Assembly (NCBI RefSeq): GCF_964213995.1
Contig: NC_135810.1
Location: 21,142,001 to 21,206,000 of the forward strand
DNA: 64,000 nt
DNA from: Mustelus asterias
Taxonomy: Eukaryota
Reading direction: 5' to 3'
The number at the start of each line of letters is the position of its first letter. Position 1 is the first letter of the stretch. The notes beneath the pieces are model-generated. The model saw nothing but the letters and a program-made list of their open reading frames with translations, searched no databases and was not told the origin of the DNA. Shown here piece by piece: positions 11,951 to 23,640 of this stretch. The position numbers and the translations under genes are program-made.

Positions 11951-13082
11951 AGCTCTTTACAAGGTTCAGCAAGAGATACAAGTGTAGACGAGGACCCAGC
12001 CTATTTAAATCATGGTCAAATTTCTGATCCTTCCATTTGGAGTTGTGACAGCAGTGAATAAAGAAAATAAATTTTGAGTTAATTGTCTCCATGGTAAAAG
12101 AACCCTGGGATGAATTAATGGATAAAATTCTCCGAAGGCCTGAATGGTTTGGAAAATTCCTAATATGTTGACAGCACATTTAATTATTATTTTTTAAAGA
12201 ACTGAAATACAATCCTGTCACAGTGGGAGAAAGAGGTGACAGGTTGAAAATTCCAGATTTGAATGTCAATCCCCAACCTATCCAGAACAATCCCACTTCG
12301 AGCATCAATAGAGACAGGTTGTGGACTAGATGACTGCTGACCTGCTTTCATTTCAATGTTTTAGTTAAGGCTTGCTTTAAATTCAACCAAATTTTGACAC
12401 TTGCAGGCCAGGTCTCCCAAGGTTGGGGAATTTCATTAGGTAAAGGAAGTGAGGAGGCAGCTTCATCAGGTAAATGTCTTTACAGCAATGTGTCTGGTCC
12501 AAAAGGAGCAGGAGTGTATGTTACTGCCCCATGAAGGTAGCCTGCTTCCCTGCCTGTGACTTACTGACTCACAAATCCCCTACCATGACCAATAACCCCA
12601 ACTCATTCTCAGTTCTGGCCCAAACTGATGACATTCTTTGTGAGATAACTTCTGAGAGGCTGGTGTCCCTTCACCAAAACTGATCTATTGATAATGGTTT
12701 GCAGTTCTCAGGCAGGTACTTTCCAGTATGTAGAATTCACCCCGAGCACCAGTGACCCAGAAGCTCCACACTATACGTCTCTGTAGGGCTCCCTGATTGG
12801 GCAGCCTTAACAGGATTCAATCAGGGAGCTCATATTCCAGCAGGTCCAACTCATGGACCTTGTTGAAGTCATTTACACCATGCAGCAACTGACTCCCCCA
12901 TCCCTTCATGATGCTCTCTATGACTTCCATTCAGGCCATCCACAAGGTCCCACTGACCCCGAATCCCTCCCTCTCTTCTCTCTGCTCCTGAGCAGTGGTC
13001 TGGTCCACAGGACTTTCAACCCAAAAACCAGTCAGAAAGTTTAATGATGCGGTTAACTTACTTTTCTGGGCTTTCCTGCCCC

Positions 13083-13366
13083 GGCGGCATGGTAGCACAG
13101 TGGTTAGCGCTGCTGCTTCACAGTGCCGGAGACCAGGGTTTGATTCCTGGCTGGGGTCACTGTCTGTGTGGAGTTTGCACGTTCTCCCCGTGTCTGTGTG
13201 GGTTTCCTCTGTGTGCTCTCATTTCCTCCCACATTCTGAAAGACGTGCTGGTTAGGTTTATTGACCTGAACAGGTGCCGGATTGTGGCGACTAGGGGAAT
13301 TTCACAGTAACTTCATTGCAGTGCTAATGTAAGCTTTACTTGTGACTAATAAATATACTTTACTTT
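13083..13366 (+). mobile_element. V-SINE, alternative-tail variant
   Basis: HE1-like head and V-domain, but with tail GTGGCGACTAGGGGAATTTCACAGTAACTTCATTGCAGTG...GTGACTAATAAA. Confidence 0.85.
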
Positions 13367-14127
13367 ATATCTCCCCACTAGCTACTCCCTACCTGAATGG
13401 AAATATAGGGGCTAATGTCACTGATTTATAAATTTTAATATAGGCAAAATTAACAAAGGTAATGGGAAACAACGGTGTCATAATTCAGGTGTGGACAGGC
13501 TTAATATCATTATGAAAGAGAAAGCGAATAAAATGTTGATGGAAGTTGGAGTTTTTTTTTGTTTTGCCTTATCTAATTGAAAAAGCCTGTAGAGATTTTG
13601 ACGCACGCTGTTAGCTTATAATGTAGTCACTGTCTGTGCAATTCTCCGATTATTTTATTAGAAGTAAGCCTGGCCTTAATTAGTTTGGTCGACTGAAAAA
13701 TAAACAGAGGAACAGATCTACCTTTGGGCAAAACAGCCACCATCTTAGAGACCAAAATGAGTTTGTAATTGTTTGTCGCTCAGCAACTTAAATTATTTAG
13801 AGAAATAATGAAAAAATATCACCGTTGCTTTGTGACAAGGCACATTTTTAATGAGATTTAGTTGAAAATGTCACATTGTTCTCGGGGCCAGTTGTGTGAG
13901 GTTTTTAACCCAGATGGGGTCAGTAGGAGGCTGAGAAATGGAGGTTAGTCGAGAAAAAAAGCTGGGAGCAGCATTTGTGTACAAATGTATCAGAAGAAAG
14001 AGCAGGGATGGAAAGCAAAAGATTAATTGTTTGAAATAACAACCAGATTTTTCTTTTAATCCTCGTTTGCTTCTCTGAACAGATGAAAATAAAATCAAAG
14101 TATGTTAAGACTAACAGAAAAAGCATA

Positions 14128-14440
14128 GGTGGCATAGTAGTACCGTGGTTAGCATTGCTGCCTCACAGCGCCAGGGACCTGGGTTCAATTCCGGGATCAC
14201 TGTCTGTATGGAGTCTGCACTTTCTCCCCATGTCTGCGTGGGTTTCCTCTGGGTGTTCCGGTTTCCTCCCACAGTCCAAAAGACATGCTGTTTAGGTGTA
14301 TTAGCCATGCTAAATTCTCCCTCAGTGTACCTGAACAGATGTCGGAGCGTGGCGACTAGGGGATTTTCACAGTAACTTCATTATAGTGTTAATATAAGCC
14401 TACTTGTGACACAAACTAAAAATAAACTGAACTAAACTAA
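14128..14440 (+). mobile_element. V-SINE, alternative-tail variant
   Basis: Same head and tail organisation as the 13083 copy. Confidence 0.85.
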
Positions 14441-14759
14441 AGAGCAAGGAATACCTAATGAGAGACCTTAACGAAACAAAGTTGGCCATGCTTTGACCAA
14501 CATGAGACACAAGGGACTCATTTAGAGCTAGGAAACTGAGAAGGTGTAAATCGGTGAGATATGTTGCTTTATATTGAAACTACAATACACTTACTAATGT
14601 TTGTATCAGAGAGCTCATTTGTGGCTGCTTTAATTCCTGGCTGGGATAAATGTTCACAGGGTTTTTGCTGTTTCCATGGATCGTCTGCTGAAGTTATGAA
14701 GATGATAGTGAGAGCTCCTGTGGAAACTTAGCCCAATAAATTATTGCCATCAACTCTTA

Positions 14760-15092
14760 GGGGTAGCACAGTGTCACAGTGGTTAGCATTGCGGCCTCAC
14801 AATGCCAGGGACCTGGGTTCAATTTCAGCCTCAAGTGCCTGTCTGTGTGGAGTTTGCACATTCTCCCCGTGTCTGCGTGGGTTTCCTCTGGGTGGTTGGA
14901 TTCCTCTCACAGTCTAAAGATGTGCAGATTAGGTGGATTTGCCATGATAAATTGCCCTTTAGTGTCAGAGGGACTAGCAGGGTAAATATATGGGGTTACG
15001 GGGATTGGGGCTTGGTGGGATTGTTGATGGTGCAGGATTCAATGAGCTGAATGGGCTCCTTCTGCACTGTAGGGATTCTATGATTCTATTCT
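14760..15092 (+). mobile_element. HE1-like V-SINE
   Basis: A/B boxes, V-domain, CR1-type tail. Confidence 0.85.
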
Positions 15093-15303
15093 AACTCTCT
15101 TCACAGCTAAAAAGCGCTTGAAGCCCGGATTTCACAAGGTGGGGAGGAGGTGAGGTGGGAGAGGGAGGAGTGGGTTGCAGTCTAGTCTACAATATCATGC
15201 AGGAATCCCAGAGGTAGCATCAAATAGTCAATCAGTAACTTCTGAATGCAGCCACTTCAATGTGTAGCCCAATAGGTTTGAACCTGCAGACTTCTGGCTC
15301 GCT

Positions 15304-15800
15304 AGAATATATAAGAACAGGAGTCGGCAATTCAGTCCCTTGAGACTGCTCTGCCATTCAATACAATCTGGGCTGGTCTTGTCTCAGCCTCAACTCCACT
15401 TTCCTGCCCTTGTTCCGTAAATCTTCAACCCATTATTAACTAAAAATCTGTCTATCTCCTCCTTAAATTTCCTTAATATCCCAGGATCTACTGCTCTCTG
15501 GGGTAGTGAAGTCCACAGATTTGTGACCTGTAAGAGAAGTAATTTCTCCTCATCTTGGCCTTAAATCTGTTACCCCTTACCCTAAAATTGTGACTTCTCA
15601 TTCTAAATTGTCCCACAGGAGGAGACGCCCTCTCTACATCTACCCTGTCAATCCCCTTTAGTATTTTGTGTACCTCAATTAGATCTCCCCTCATTCTTCT
15701 AAACTCTAGAGAAGTACAGGCCTAAACTGTTCAACCTCTCTTCATAAGACAAGCCCCTTTACTCTGGAATCAATCAAGTGAATCTCCACTGAACTGCCTC
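15304..15800 (-). mobile_element. CR1 LINE 3' fragment
   Basis: ORF 15488-15694 MRGDLIEVHKILKGIDRVD...RSHNFRVRG is CR1 ORF2 C-terminus. Confidence 0.8.
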
Positions 15801-16037
15801 AAGGAGGAAGAGGGTGCCTCCTTTCTGGGTACATGGTGAAAATTGGAGGGTCCTTCCCACTGACCACTCCGACCCCAACAGATTTTGCTCCCAGCGTCTA
15901 CTCTCCCACCTTGCTTTGTTCAACATACCCTCAAGCCACATCTTGGCCTCGTTGAGATCCCAGACTTACCTGGAGTTCCGCTCCATCGCTGAAAACCTCC
16001 TCCTCAGCCTCGCTGAGGAATGGTTTCCAGTTTGATT

Positions 16038-16345
16038 GGGCAGCACAGTGGCACAGTTGTTGGCACTGCTGCCTCACAGCGCCAGGGACCCGAGTTCGAT
16101 TCTGGCCTTGGGTCACTGTCTATGTGGAGTTTGTGCGTTTTCCTCGTGGCTGCGTGGATTTCCTTCGGGTGCTCGGGTTTCCTCCCACAGTCCAAAGATG
16201 TGCGGATTAGGTTGATTGGCCATGCCAAATTGCCACTTAGTGTCGGGGGATTAGCAGGGTAAATAAGTGGGGTTACAGGAATAGGGCTTGTGGCCGGTGC
16301 AGACTGATGAGCCAAATGACCTCCTTCTGCACTGTAGCTTCTATA
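16038..16345 (+). mobile_element. HE1-like V-SINE
   Basis: A/B boxes, V-domain, tail. Confidence 0.85.
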
Positions 16346-16861
16346 GCTGCAGTACTGGCACTGGCCACCACTCCCAAGGGTGCTGCCAGTACCTCAGAGC
16401 TGTGGGTCTCTGAGTGGGTGGCAGCTGTATGAGGAGGAACCTCCTCCTGAACAGGGCCAGAGGTCTCACCTCATAACAATCAAAGGCCTGTTGGCTTAAA
16501 AATTAAGGCAGGATGAGCCGGCCAAGTGGGGGCAGACATACCCCTGAAATTTATGTTGTGGTGTGGGAAGCCCACCTGCAGCTTTTGATCCAATTGAGGT
16601 TTCCTGGCAAATGTCATCAGCAACATCTGAATTGGATTCAAAACGGAAAATTCTGAAAATCCACAACGTTTCTGGCAGCATCTCTAGAAAGAGAAAGAAT
16701 CAGAGTTAAGATTCCAGATCAATGACCCTTCATTAGAAGTGGGAACAATGAGTGATATGATAGCTTTTAAGTAGGTGAAAGGTGGGAGTGCGGAAAAAGA
16801 ATTGAAGGGAAGGGTGGATGGCAGGAGAGATTAATTATCAAAGAAAGATTCAATGGTGCAA

Positions 16862-17183
16862 ACCATAGAATCCCTACAGTGCAGAAGGAGGCCATTCGGC
16901 CCATTGAGTCTGCTCCAACCACAATCCCATGCGGGCTCTATCCCCGTAACCCCATGCATTTACCTGACTAGTCCCCCTGATTCTAAGGGTCAATTTAGCA
17001 TGACCAATCCACCTAACCCACACATCTTTGGGCTGTGTGTGGAAACCAGAGCACCCGGAGGAAACCGACGCAGACATGGGGAGAACAACATGCAAACTCC
17101 ACAGACAGTCACCCGAAGCCAGTATTGAACCCTGGTTCCTGGCGCTGTGAGGCAGCAGTGCCAATCACTATGCCACTGTGCCC
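16862..17183 (-). mobile_element. HE1-like V-SINE
   Basis: Reverse complement of the SINE consensus. Confidence 0.85.
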
Positions 17184-17384
17184 AAATGGAATGGCAATGA
17201 GGCAAGTAAAGAAAGACTAGTTATGTCTAGAGGAATTGTGAATAACAGGATCTGGAACAGCTGCTGTTTGAAAGCAAAAACAAACAGGAAAAAATAGAGA
17301 GAAACAAAAGGTAAATACCAAATTAGCAAGATGAGAGATCATATGACACCAGATTATAGTCCAACAGATGAAGTATCAGTAACT

Positions 17385-17502
17385 TCGCCTGAGGAAGGAA
17401 CAGCGCTCAATAAGCTTGTGAATTCAAATAAACCTGTTGGACTATAACCTGGTGATCTCCTATCTTGTCCACCCCAGTCCGACACCGGCATCTCCAAATC
17501 AT
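17385..17502 (+). mobile_element. Short Penelope pseudo-LTR fragment with decayed hammerhead
   Basis: TCGC-CTGAGGA-AGGAACAGCGCTCA-ATAA-GCTT-GTGA (GAAA mutated), then AATAAACCTGTTGGACTATAACCTGGTG as at 805-835. Confidence 0.65.
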
Positions 17503-17917
17503 GGTCAAACTAGCAAAGAAAGGGAAACAAAATGAGGGCAGAGTTGAAAATTATTGAACTCAGTTTTGAATCTGGAGATGCAGAGTACCCAGTCGGAAGA
17601 TGGCATTAATTCCTGAGCTTGTATTGAGCTTTGTAAGAAAGACACACACATACACACACACACATGTTCTTGTCCTTACTCTTGATATTTATGGTACACA
17701 GCAACCTGTTTGTTCTTCAGGAAATCTCTAAGCAACTGTAGGTATTCCCAATGATATTGGTTGTTTAGGAATCCGGTGAGCTAGGGTCTGTCTCAGGCAG
17801 TCAGCCCTTCGACAAATTCCCAGGTGTGATTTCGGAATGGCTGACCAGGCCATTTTATTCACTGCAGTAACAATGCCCTTAAGGGCTATGTCTTTATAAA
17901 CCTTTCTAACACTGGCC

Positions 17918-20748
17918 ATAGAACCATAGAACGATAGAAAATTACAGCTCAGAAACAGGCCTTTGTCTCTTGTCTGTGCCGAACCATTTTTTGCCTAGTC
18001 CCACTGACCTGCACTTGGGCCATACCCCTCTACACCCCTCTCATCCATGAACCCGTCCAAGTTTTTCTTAAATGTTAAAAGTAACCCCGCATTTACCACT
18101 TTATCCGGCAGTTCATTCCACACTCCCACCACTCTCTGCGTGAAGAAGCCCACCCTAATATTCCCTTTAAACTTTTCTCCTTTCACTCTTAACCCATGCC
18201 CTCTGGTCTTTTTCTCCCCTAGCCTCAGCGGAAAAAGCCTGCTTGCATTCACTCTATCTATACCCATCAAAATCTTATACACCTCTATCAAATCTCCCCT
18301 CAATCTTCTACGCTCCAGGGAATAAAGTCCCAACCTATTCAATCTCTCTCTGTAACTCAGCTTCTCAAGTCCCGGCAACATCCTTGTGAACCTTCTCTGC
18401 ACTCTTTCAACCTTATTTACATCCTTCCTGTAACTAGGTGACCAAAACTGTACACAATACTCCAAATTTGGCCTCACCAATGCCTTATATAACCTTACCA
18501 TAACACTCCAACTTTTATACTCGATACTCCAATTTATAAAGGCCAATGTACCAAAGGCACTCTTTACGACCCTATCCACCTGTGACGTCACTTTTAGGGA
18601 ATTCTGTACCTGTATTCCCAGATCCCTCTGTTCAACTGCACTCTTCAGAGTCCTACCATTTACCCTGTACGTTCTACTTTGGTTTGTCCTTCCAATGTGC
18701 AATATCTCACACTTGTCTGCGTTAAATTCCATTTGCCATTTTTCAGCCCATTTTTCTAGTTGGTCCAAATCCCTCTGCAAGCTTTGAAAACCTTCCTCAC
18801 TGTCCACTACACCTCCAATCTTTGTATCATCAGCACACTTGCTGATCCAATTTACCACATTATCATCCAGATCATTGATATAGATGACAAACAACAATGG
18901 ACCCAACACCGATCCCTGCGGCACACCACTAGTCACAGGCCTCCACTCAGAGAAGTAATCCTCCACAACCACTCTCTGGCTTCTTCCATTGAGCCAGTGT
19001 CTAATCCTATTTACTACCTCCCCATGTATACCCAGCGACTGAACCTTCCTAACTAACCTCCCATGAGGGACCTTGTCAAAGGCCTTGCTGAAATCCAGGT
19101 AGACAACATCCACCGCCTTCCCTTCATCCACTTTCCTGGTAACCTCCTCGAAAAACTCTAATAGATTGGTCAAACATGAGCTCCCACGCACAAAGCCATG
19201 TTGACTCTCCCTAATAAGTCCCTGTCTATCCAAATATTTGTAGATCCTATCCCTTATCACACCTTCCAATAACTTGCCCACCACCGACGTCAAACTTACT
19301 GGCCTATAATTTCCCGGATTTCTTTTGGAACCTTTTTTAAACAACGGAACAACATGAGCCACCCTCCAATCATCCGGCACCTCCCCCGTGAATACTGACA
19401 TTTTAAATATGTCTGCCAGGGCCCCTGCAAGTTCAACACTAGCTTCCCTCAAGGTCCATGGGAATACCCTGTCCAGTCCTGGGGATTTATCCACTCTGAT
19501 TTGCCTCAAGACAGCAAGCACCTCCTCCCCTTTAATCTGTAAAGGTTCCATGACCTCCCTACCTGTTTGCCCTACTTCCGTAGACTCCATGCCCGTTTCC
19601 TCAGGAAATACGGATGCAAAAAAACCATTTAGTATCTCCCCCATCTCTTTTGGTTCCATACACAGTCTACCACTCTGGTCTTCAAGAGGACCAATTTTAT
19701 CCCTCACTATCCTTTTGTTCCTAACATACCTATAGAAGCTCTTTGGATTTTCCTTCACTCTGTCTGCCAAAGCAACCTCATATCTTCTTTTAGCCCTCCT
19801 GATTTCCCTCTTAAGTAGCTTCTTGCACTTTTTATACTCCTTGAGCATCTGATCTGTTCTTTGCTGCCTGTACATTTCATACAAACTCTCTCTTCCTCTT
19901 AATCAGTGTTACAATCTCCCTCGAGAACCAAGGTTCCTTATTCCTATTTACTTTGCCTTTAATCCTGACAGGAACATACAAACTCTGCACTCTCAAAATT
20001 TCTCCTTTGAAGGCCTCCCACTTTCCATTTACATCCTTACCAGAGAACAGCCTGTGCCAATCCACACTTCCCAGATCCCTTCTCATTTCATCAGATTTGG
20101 CCTTTTTCCAGTTCAGAACTTCAATCCGAGGACCAGACCTATCCTTATCCATGATCAGGTTGAAACTAATGGCATTATGATCACTGGATCCAAAGTGTTC
20201 CCTCACACCAACATCCATCACCTGCCCTAACTCATTTCCCAATAGGAGATCCAATATCGCACCCTCTCTAGTTGGCACCTCTATATACTGATGTAGAAAA
20301 TTCTCCTGAACACATTTTACAAACTCTACCCCGTCTAAACCTTTAACAGTATCCGAGTCCCAATCTATATGTGGAAAATTAAAATCCCCTACGATCACAT
20401 CTGTGTGTTTCTTGCAGTTGTCAGCTATCTCTCCGCTGATTTGCTCCTCCAATTCTCGCTGACTATTGGGTGGTCTATAATACAACCCTGTTAATGTGGT
20501 CATACCTTTCCTGTTTCTCAGCTCCACCCATAGGGCCTCTGTAGACAAGCTCCCTAATCTATCCTGCCTGAGTACCGCTGTAACATTTTCCCTGACCAAC
20601 AATGCCACCCCTCCACCTTTTAAGCCTCCGCCTCTATCCCGCCTGAAACATTGGAACCCTGGAACATTGAGCTGTCAGTCCTGCCCCTCCTGTAGCCAAG
20701 TTTCACTAATGGCTATAATGTCATATTTCCATGTGTCTATCATGGCCC
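17918..20748 (-). mobile_element. 5'-truncated CR1 (HER1-like) LINE
   Basis: AP-endonuclease plus RT coding sequence, short 3' UTR and (TTCTATGG)n-like tail at 17918-17940. Confidence 0.95.
17995..20745 (-). pseudogene. CR1 ORF2 (endonuclease and reverse transcriptase), disrupted
   Basis: IAISETWL, GDFN and SDH endonuclease motifs; NYRPVSLTS, DFSKAFD, GVPQGSVLGP and CADD (normally FADD) RT motifs. One stop near 20677 and an apparent 1-bp insertion near 19883-19885 split it into ORFs 19877-20608 and 17995-19884. Confidence 0.92.
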
Positions 20749-21039
20749 TTGGCATGTATGGCAGCGCCTTAAATTAGATCATCTGATTGGGTTATTAATC
20801 CCACCCTGGCCGTCCACATGGTCATACCCTGCTCTCACAGGGAGTTGTCTTCAGATGTATACCAGGAATGAGAAAGAAGGCCATTCACACGTTTCCATGT
20901 GATCATTGTCTAGTTCAGCTTCTGTTGACGAAGCGTTTGGGGAAACCACCAGAGTACGCTATTCATGTGTGTCTGTTTTAGTTAAAACTGTCCCAATAAT
21001 ACTGTCTTTGGTCAGAATTCTCCCTTCATAGCTCCATCT

Positions 21040-21742
21040 TTGAGAAGGGACGGGGTTTGAAGGCAGGCATAGCACTTTCTGTGCTTGTTTAAAGGTGCTG
21101 TGGGAAAGGGAGGAGGTGCTGCCACTGGCTGAAGAGTGGACCAGGGTGACATGAATCTTCAGGGTGCTGAAAGGCGAGGGGAGAGGAAGATGTGTTGCGT
21201 GGTGGTATCATGCTGGAGGTGGCAGAAAATATGGAGGCTGATGGATGGAAGGTGAGGGACAAGGAAACCATATCATGTTTCTAGGAGAGAGGGGAAGAAG
21301 GGAGAGCAGAAAAGCATCAAATAGAATAGATACAGTCAAGGGTCCGGTCAACCAAAGTGGAAGGGAATCCTCAATTGAAGAAAAAGGAAGGGAAATCAGA
21401 ACAGTTGCGGCAGAGATGAAGAAACATGGAGAATGGAATGGTGTCCTTACAGGAAAACGGTGTCAGAAAGTGTCCTGATGGTTGTTGTGGGTGTCAGTGG
21501 GTCAAGAGTCATGGTTAGCTGATAGCATATCTGCAAAAATGGAGGCAGAGAAGTGGAGGAAGAAAAGGCAAGTGTCGCAGATGTACCATATGGAGGCAAG
21601 AGAAGGGTGTAAATTCGAAGAGAAGTTGATGACATTTGCTCTGGAGAGATTTGGATGCTGCACTGGAACAATCAACAATGTACTGGAACAAAGAAATGAG
21701 GGAGGGGACCTGAGTAGAACAGGAACAAGGAATGTTCCACAT
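21040..21742 (-). mobile_element. Degraded Penelope RT fragment
   Basis: Reverse frames give FQYIVDC (YIDD-like), INFSSNLHPSL and LFFLHFSASI (LPFLD-like) Penelope RT and thumb remnants. It continues at 22877-23100. Confidence 0.75.
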
Positions 21743-22871
21743 TGTAGCGGGATCCCCTTTTTAACTCCACCCAACGGGCTCACTTTGGGCTTGGCACACC
21801 GATTGTCCAAACCCCACCACTGCCCGGGTGATCCTCGCCCTCTTACCGGTGGACTCACAGCCACCTTGCGCCTACTCCACTAGAGAGAGAGAGAGAGAGG
21901 AAAGGAAAGCCTCTGCCCACCTTTACCTGGCAGCCTTTCCTGAGTGGGCGGTTTCGAAGCGCCCAGGGTACCCTCCATTCTAGACTCTGGAATTATGGTA
22001 AGGGATATTTAATATTGTGACTTGGTCAGAGATCGTTGGTGAGAAATCGAAAAGATCAAAACGGACTCCAATGGAAGTCAAAGATATATATATATTTGTT
22101 AAAACATCAAGGTCAAGATCACCAAACACCAGGAAAACAACACACAATGCCTTATGCTCTATAAGACTATAGCTATGGAAGGAATACTAAAACGGGCACA
22201 ACGGGAATGCTTATTTTACACAAGTTTACCAGTGTCTTAAACTATGAAAGGTGCATGCAAAAGCCGCCCCCCCCTTTCCCCAAAGCCTCATCCACTATGA
22301 TGATCTCGGGAACTTCGCGAATTACCAGAGGATACTCACAATCCTAGTTTAAATTGCTCAGTGGACTTCGGGCTGCGTGCTGGAGACGAACAAGAGGCAG
22401 GCAGGAACAGGAGAAGAGAGAGGAGAGAGAGAGACCAGAGCTTGCTTGTCCCTTTTTAAAACCTGAACCAGTCATTCTCTCACACAAAACAGTTTCTGAT
22501 CATTGGTAGTTTTGATTGACTGGAACAAAAAGGGCCGGAACTGTCGGGACCGCCCTTAATCGATATTTTAATGTCTTTTAAATGTTCTCTGAGTCAGCCT
22601 GATTGGAATCCCATCAGCGAGATGAATCTTGATGTTGTCCGTGGATGGAATGATCTCTGTTCTCATTGTCTTGCTGCTGGGCTATTTACTCCTCGTCTGC
22701 TGGCCATGGTTTCTCCTTTGTTTCCTGTTGATTAGATCATCATTGTCTCGACCTTCTCGTTATTCCCAGCCTCTTGCATATTCATGTGGCTGTAAAGTTC
22801 CTGACAGTCAGCCGGCCATTTTCCTTATCCCTGGGTTCTTTAATCATGGAGGATTTGCCCTAAAACTTACA
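21743..22871 (-). mobile_element. Solo LTR (1129 bp) inserted in the Penelope RT
   Basis: TGTA...TACA termini and perfect 5-bp TSD CACAT (21738-21742 / 22872-22876). Removing it rejoins the Penelope sequence. Orientation is inferred from CCAAT and TATA-like motifs on the minus strand. Confidence 0.8.
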
Positions 22872-22876
22872 CACAT

Positions 22877-23100
22877 ATCCCACAAAAAGGCAGATATGGG
22901 TAGGACCCAGGCAGATACCCAAAACAAAACCTTCTATTCAGAGGAAGTGAGTGGAGCTAAAGGAGAAGCTGCTTAATGTGACAGCAAGTTTAGCTCATTG
23001 GGAGAGATTGGTGGTGGATGGTACTAGTTGGACGTCTGTTCAAGAAAGAAGTGGAGAGCTCTAAAGAGTTCCAGTGAGGGATGGCGGTGCAGAGATTGCA
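22877..23100 (-). mobile_element. Continuation of the degraded Penelope RT
   Basis: Reverse strand shows the G..MG....P.YA.LFVG-like segment contiguous with 21742. Confidence 0.6.
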
Positions 23101-23109
23101 CTGGGTATT

Positions 23110-23640
23110 GTTACTAAATAGCATCAGTGCCCAGAAATCTTGTTCGCTCATTCATAAAGTCCATTTTGTGGTTGTCTATCAGTTGCACATTGATGGAGTG
23201 GAAGTCTTTGTGGTTACGGAATTTTCTGGTTGTTCTGGTGGTGCCCAGATGGTGCCACGTGTGTGCAGCTGATGACACGCTGCATCTGTGAGAAGCCAGT
23301 CAGCGGCACAAAATCGAGTGCCTGTTTACAGGCAAAGTTGACATAACTGCAAACAAACCGCCAGCGACCTGCTGTCTGCGGCAGAGTTCTGGAAGGTTGC
23401 CAAAGCAAGAAAGGTTGCAGCCAGTGGTGACATTGACAGCCACTGACTACCGGATCCAGTGGGGAGTGTGTCTCCTTCTAGGAAACTGCAGGTGTCCATC
23501 AAATTTGATGCTGCATTCAGAGCCTCCTGAGACATTTGCTGTTCAGGTGTATCGGGGAGACATAATTTGAGTCTGTACACCCTGCTTTGCAGATGATCCT
23601 TTCTGAAAGGTGCATCTCTCTGCTGGTTCTCTCTCTGTTT
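23110..23640 (-). pseudogene. Harbinger/PIF (HARBI1-like) DDE transposase fossil
   Basis: Frameshifted motifs SRVYR..., ATFQNSAAD (GSFQ-like), GFSQMQRVISCTHVA (GFP.V.G.IDCTHV) and NHKDFHSINVQL (NRKG.HSINVQ). Confidence 0.8.

Larger units (their letters stand above)
16640..17635 (-). mobile_element. Degraded Penelope-like 3' region (decayed hammerhead near 16705-16740), interrupted by other insertions
   Basis: Reverse complement reads TTCTAATGAAGGGTCATTGATCTGGAATCTTAACTC...AGATGCTGCCAGA, a decayed CTGATGA...GAAAC pseudo-LTR. The GIY-YIG tail remnant is near 17540-17630. Confidence 0.5.

Noticed and set aside
12680-12877. Possible short LTR remnant with GCTCCCTGATTG...CAATCAGGGAGC inverted repeat
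   Set aside because: The hairpin is visible, but a matching terminus and TSD could not be established.
22629-22976. Hydrophobic ORF resembling a signal or transmembrane peptide (possible env remnant)
   Set aside because: It lies within a solo LTR, crosses its boundary into Penelope sequence, and shows no env motifs.
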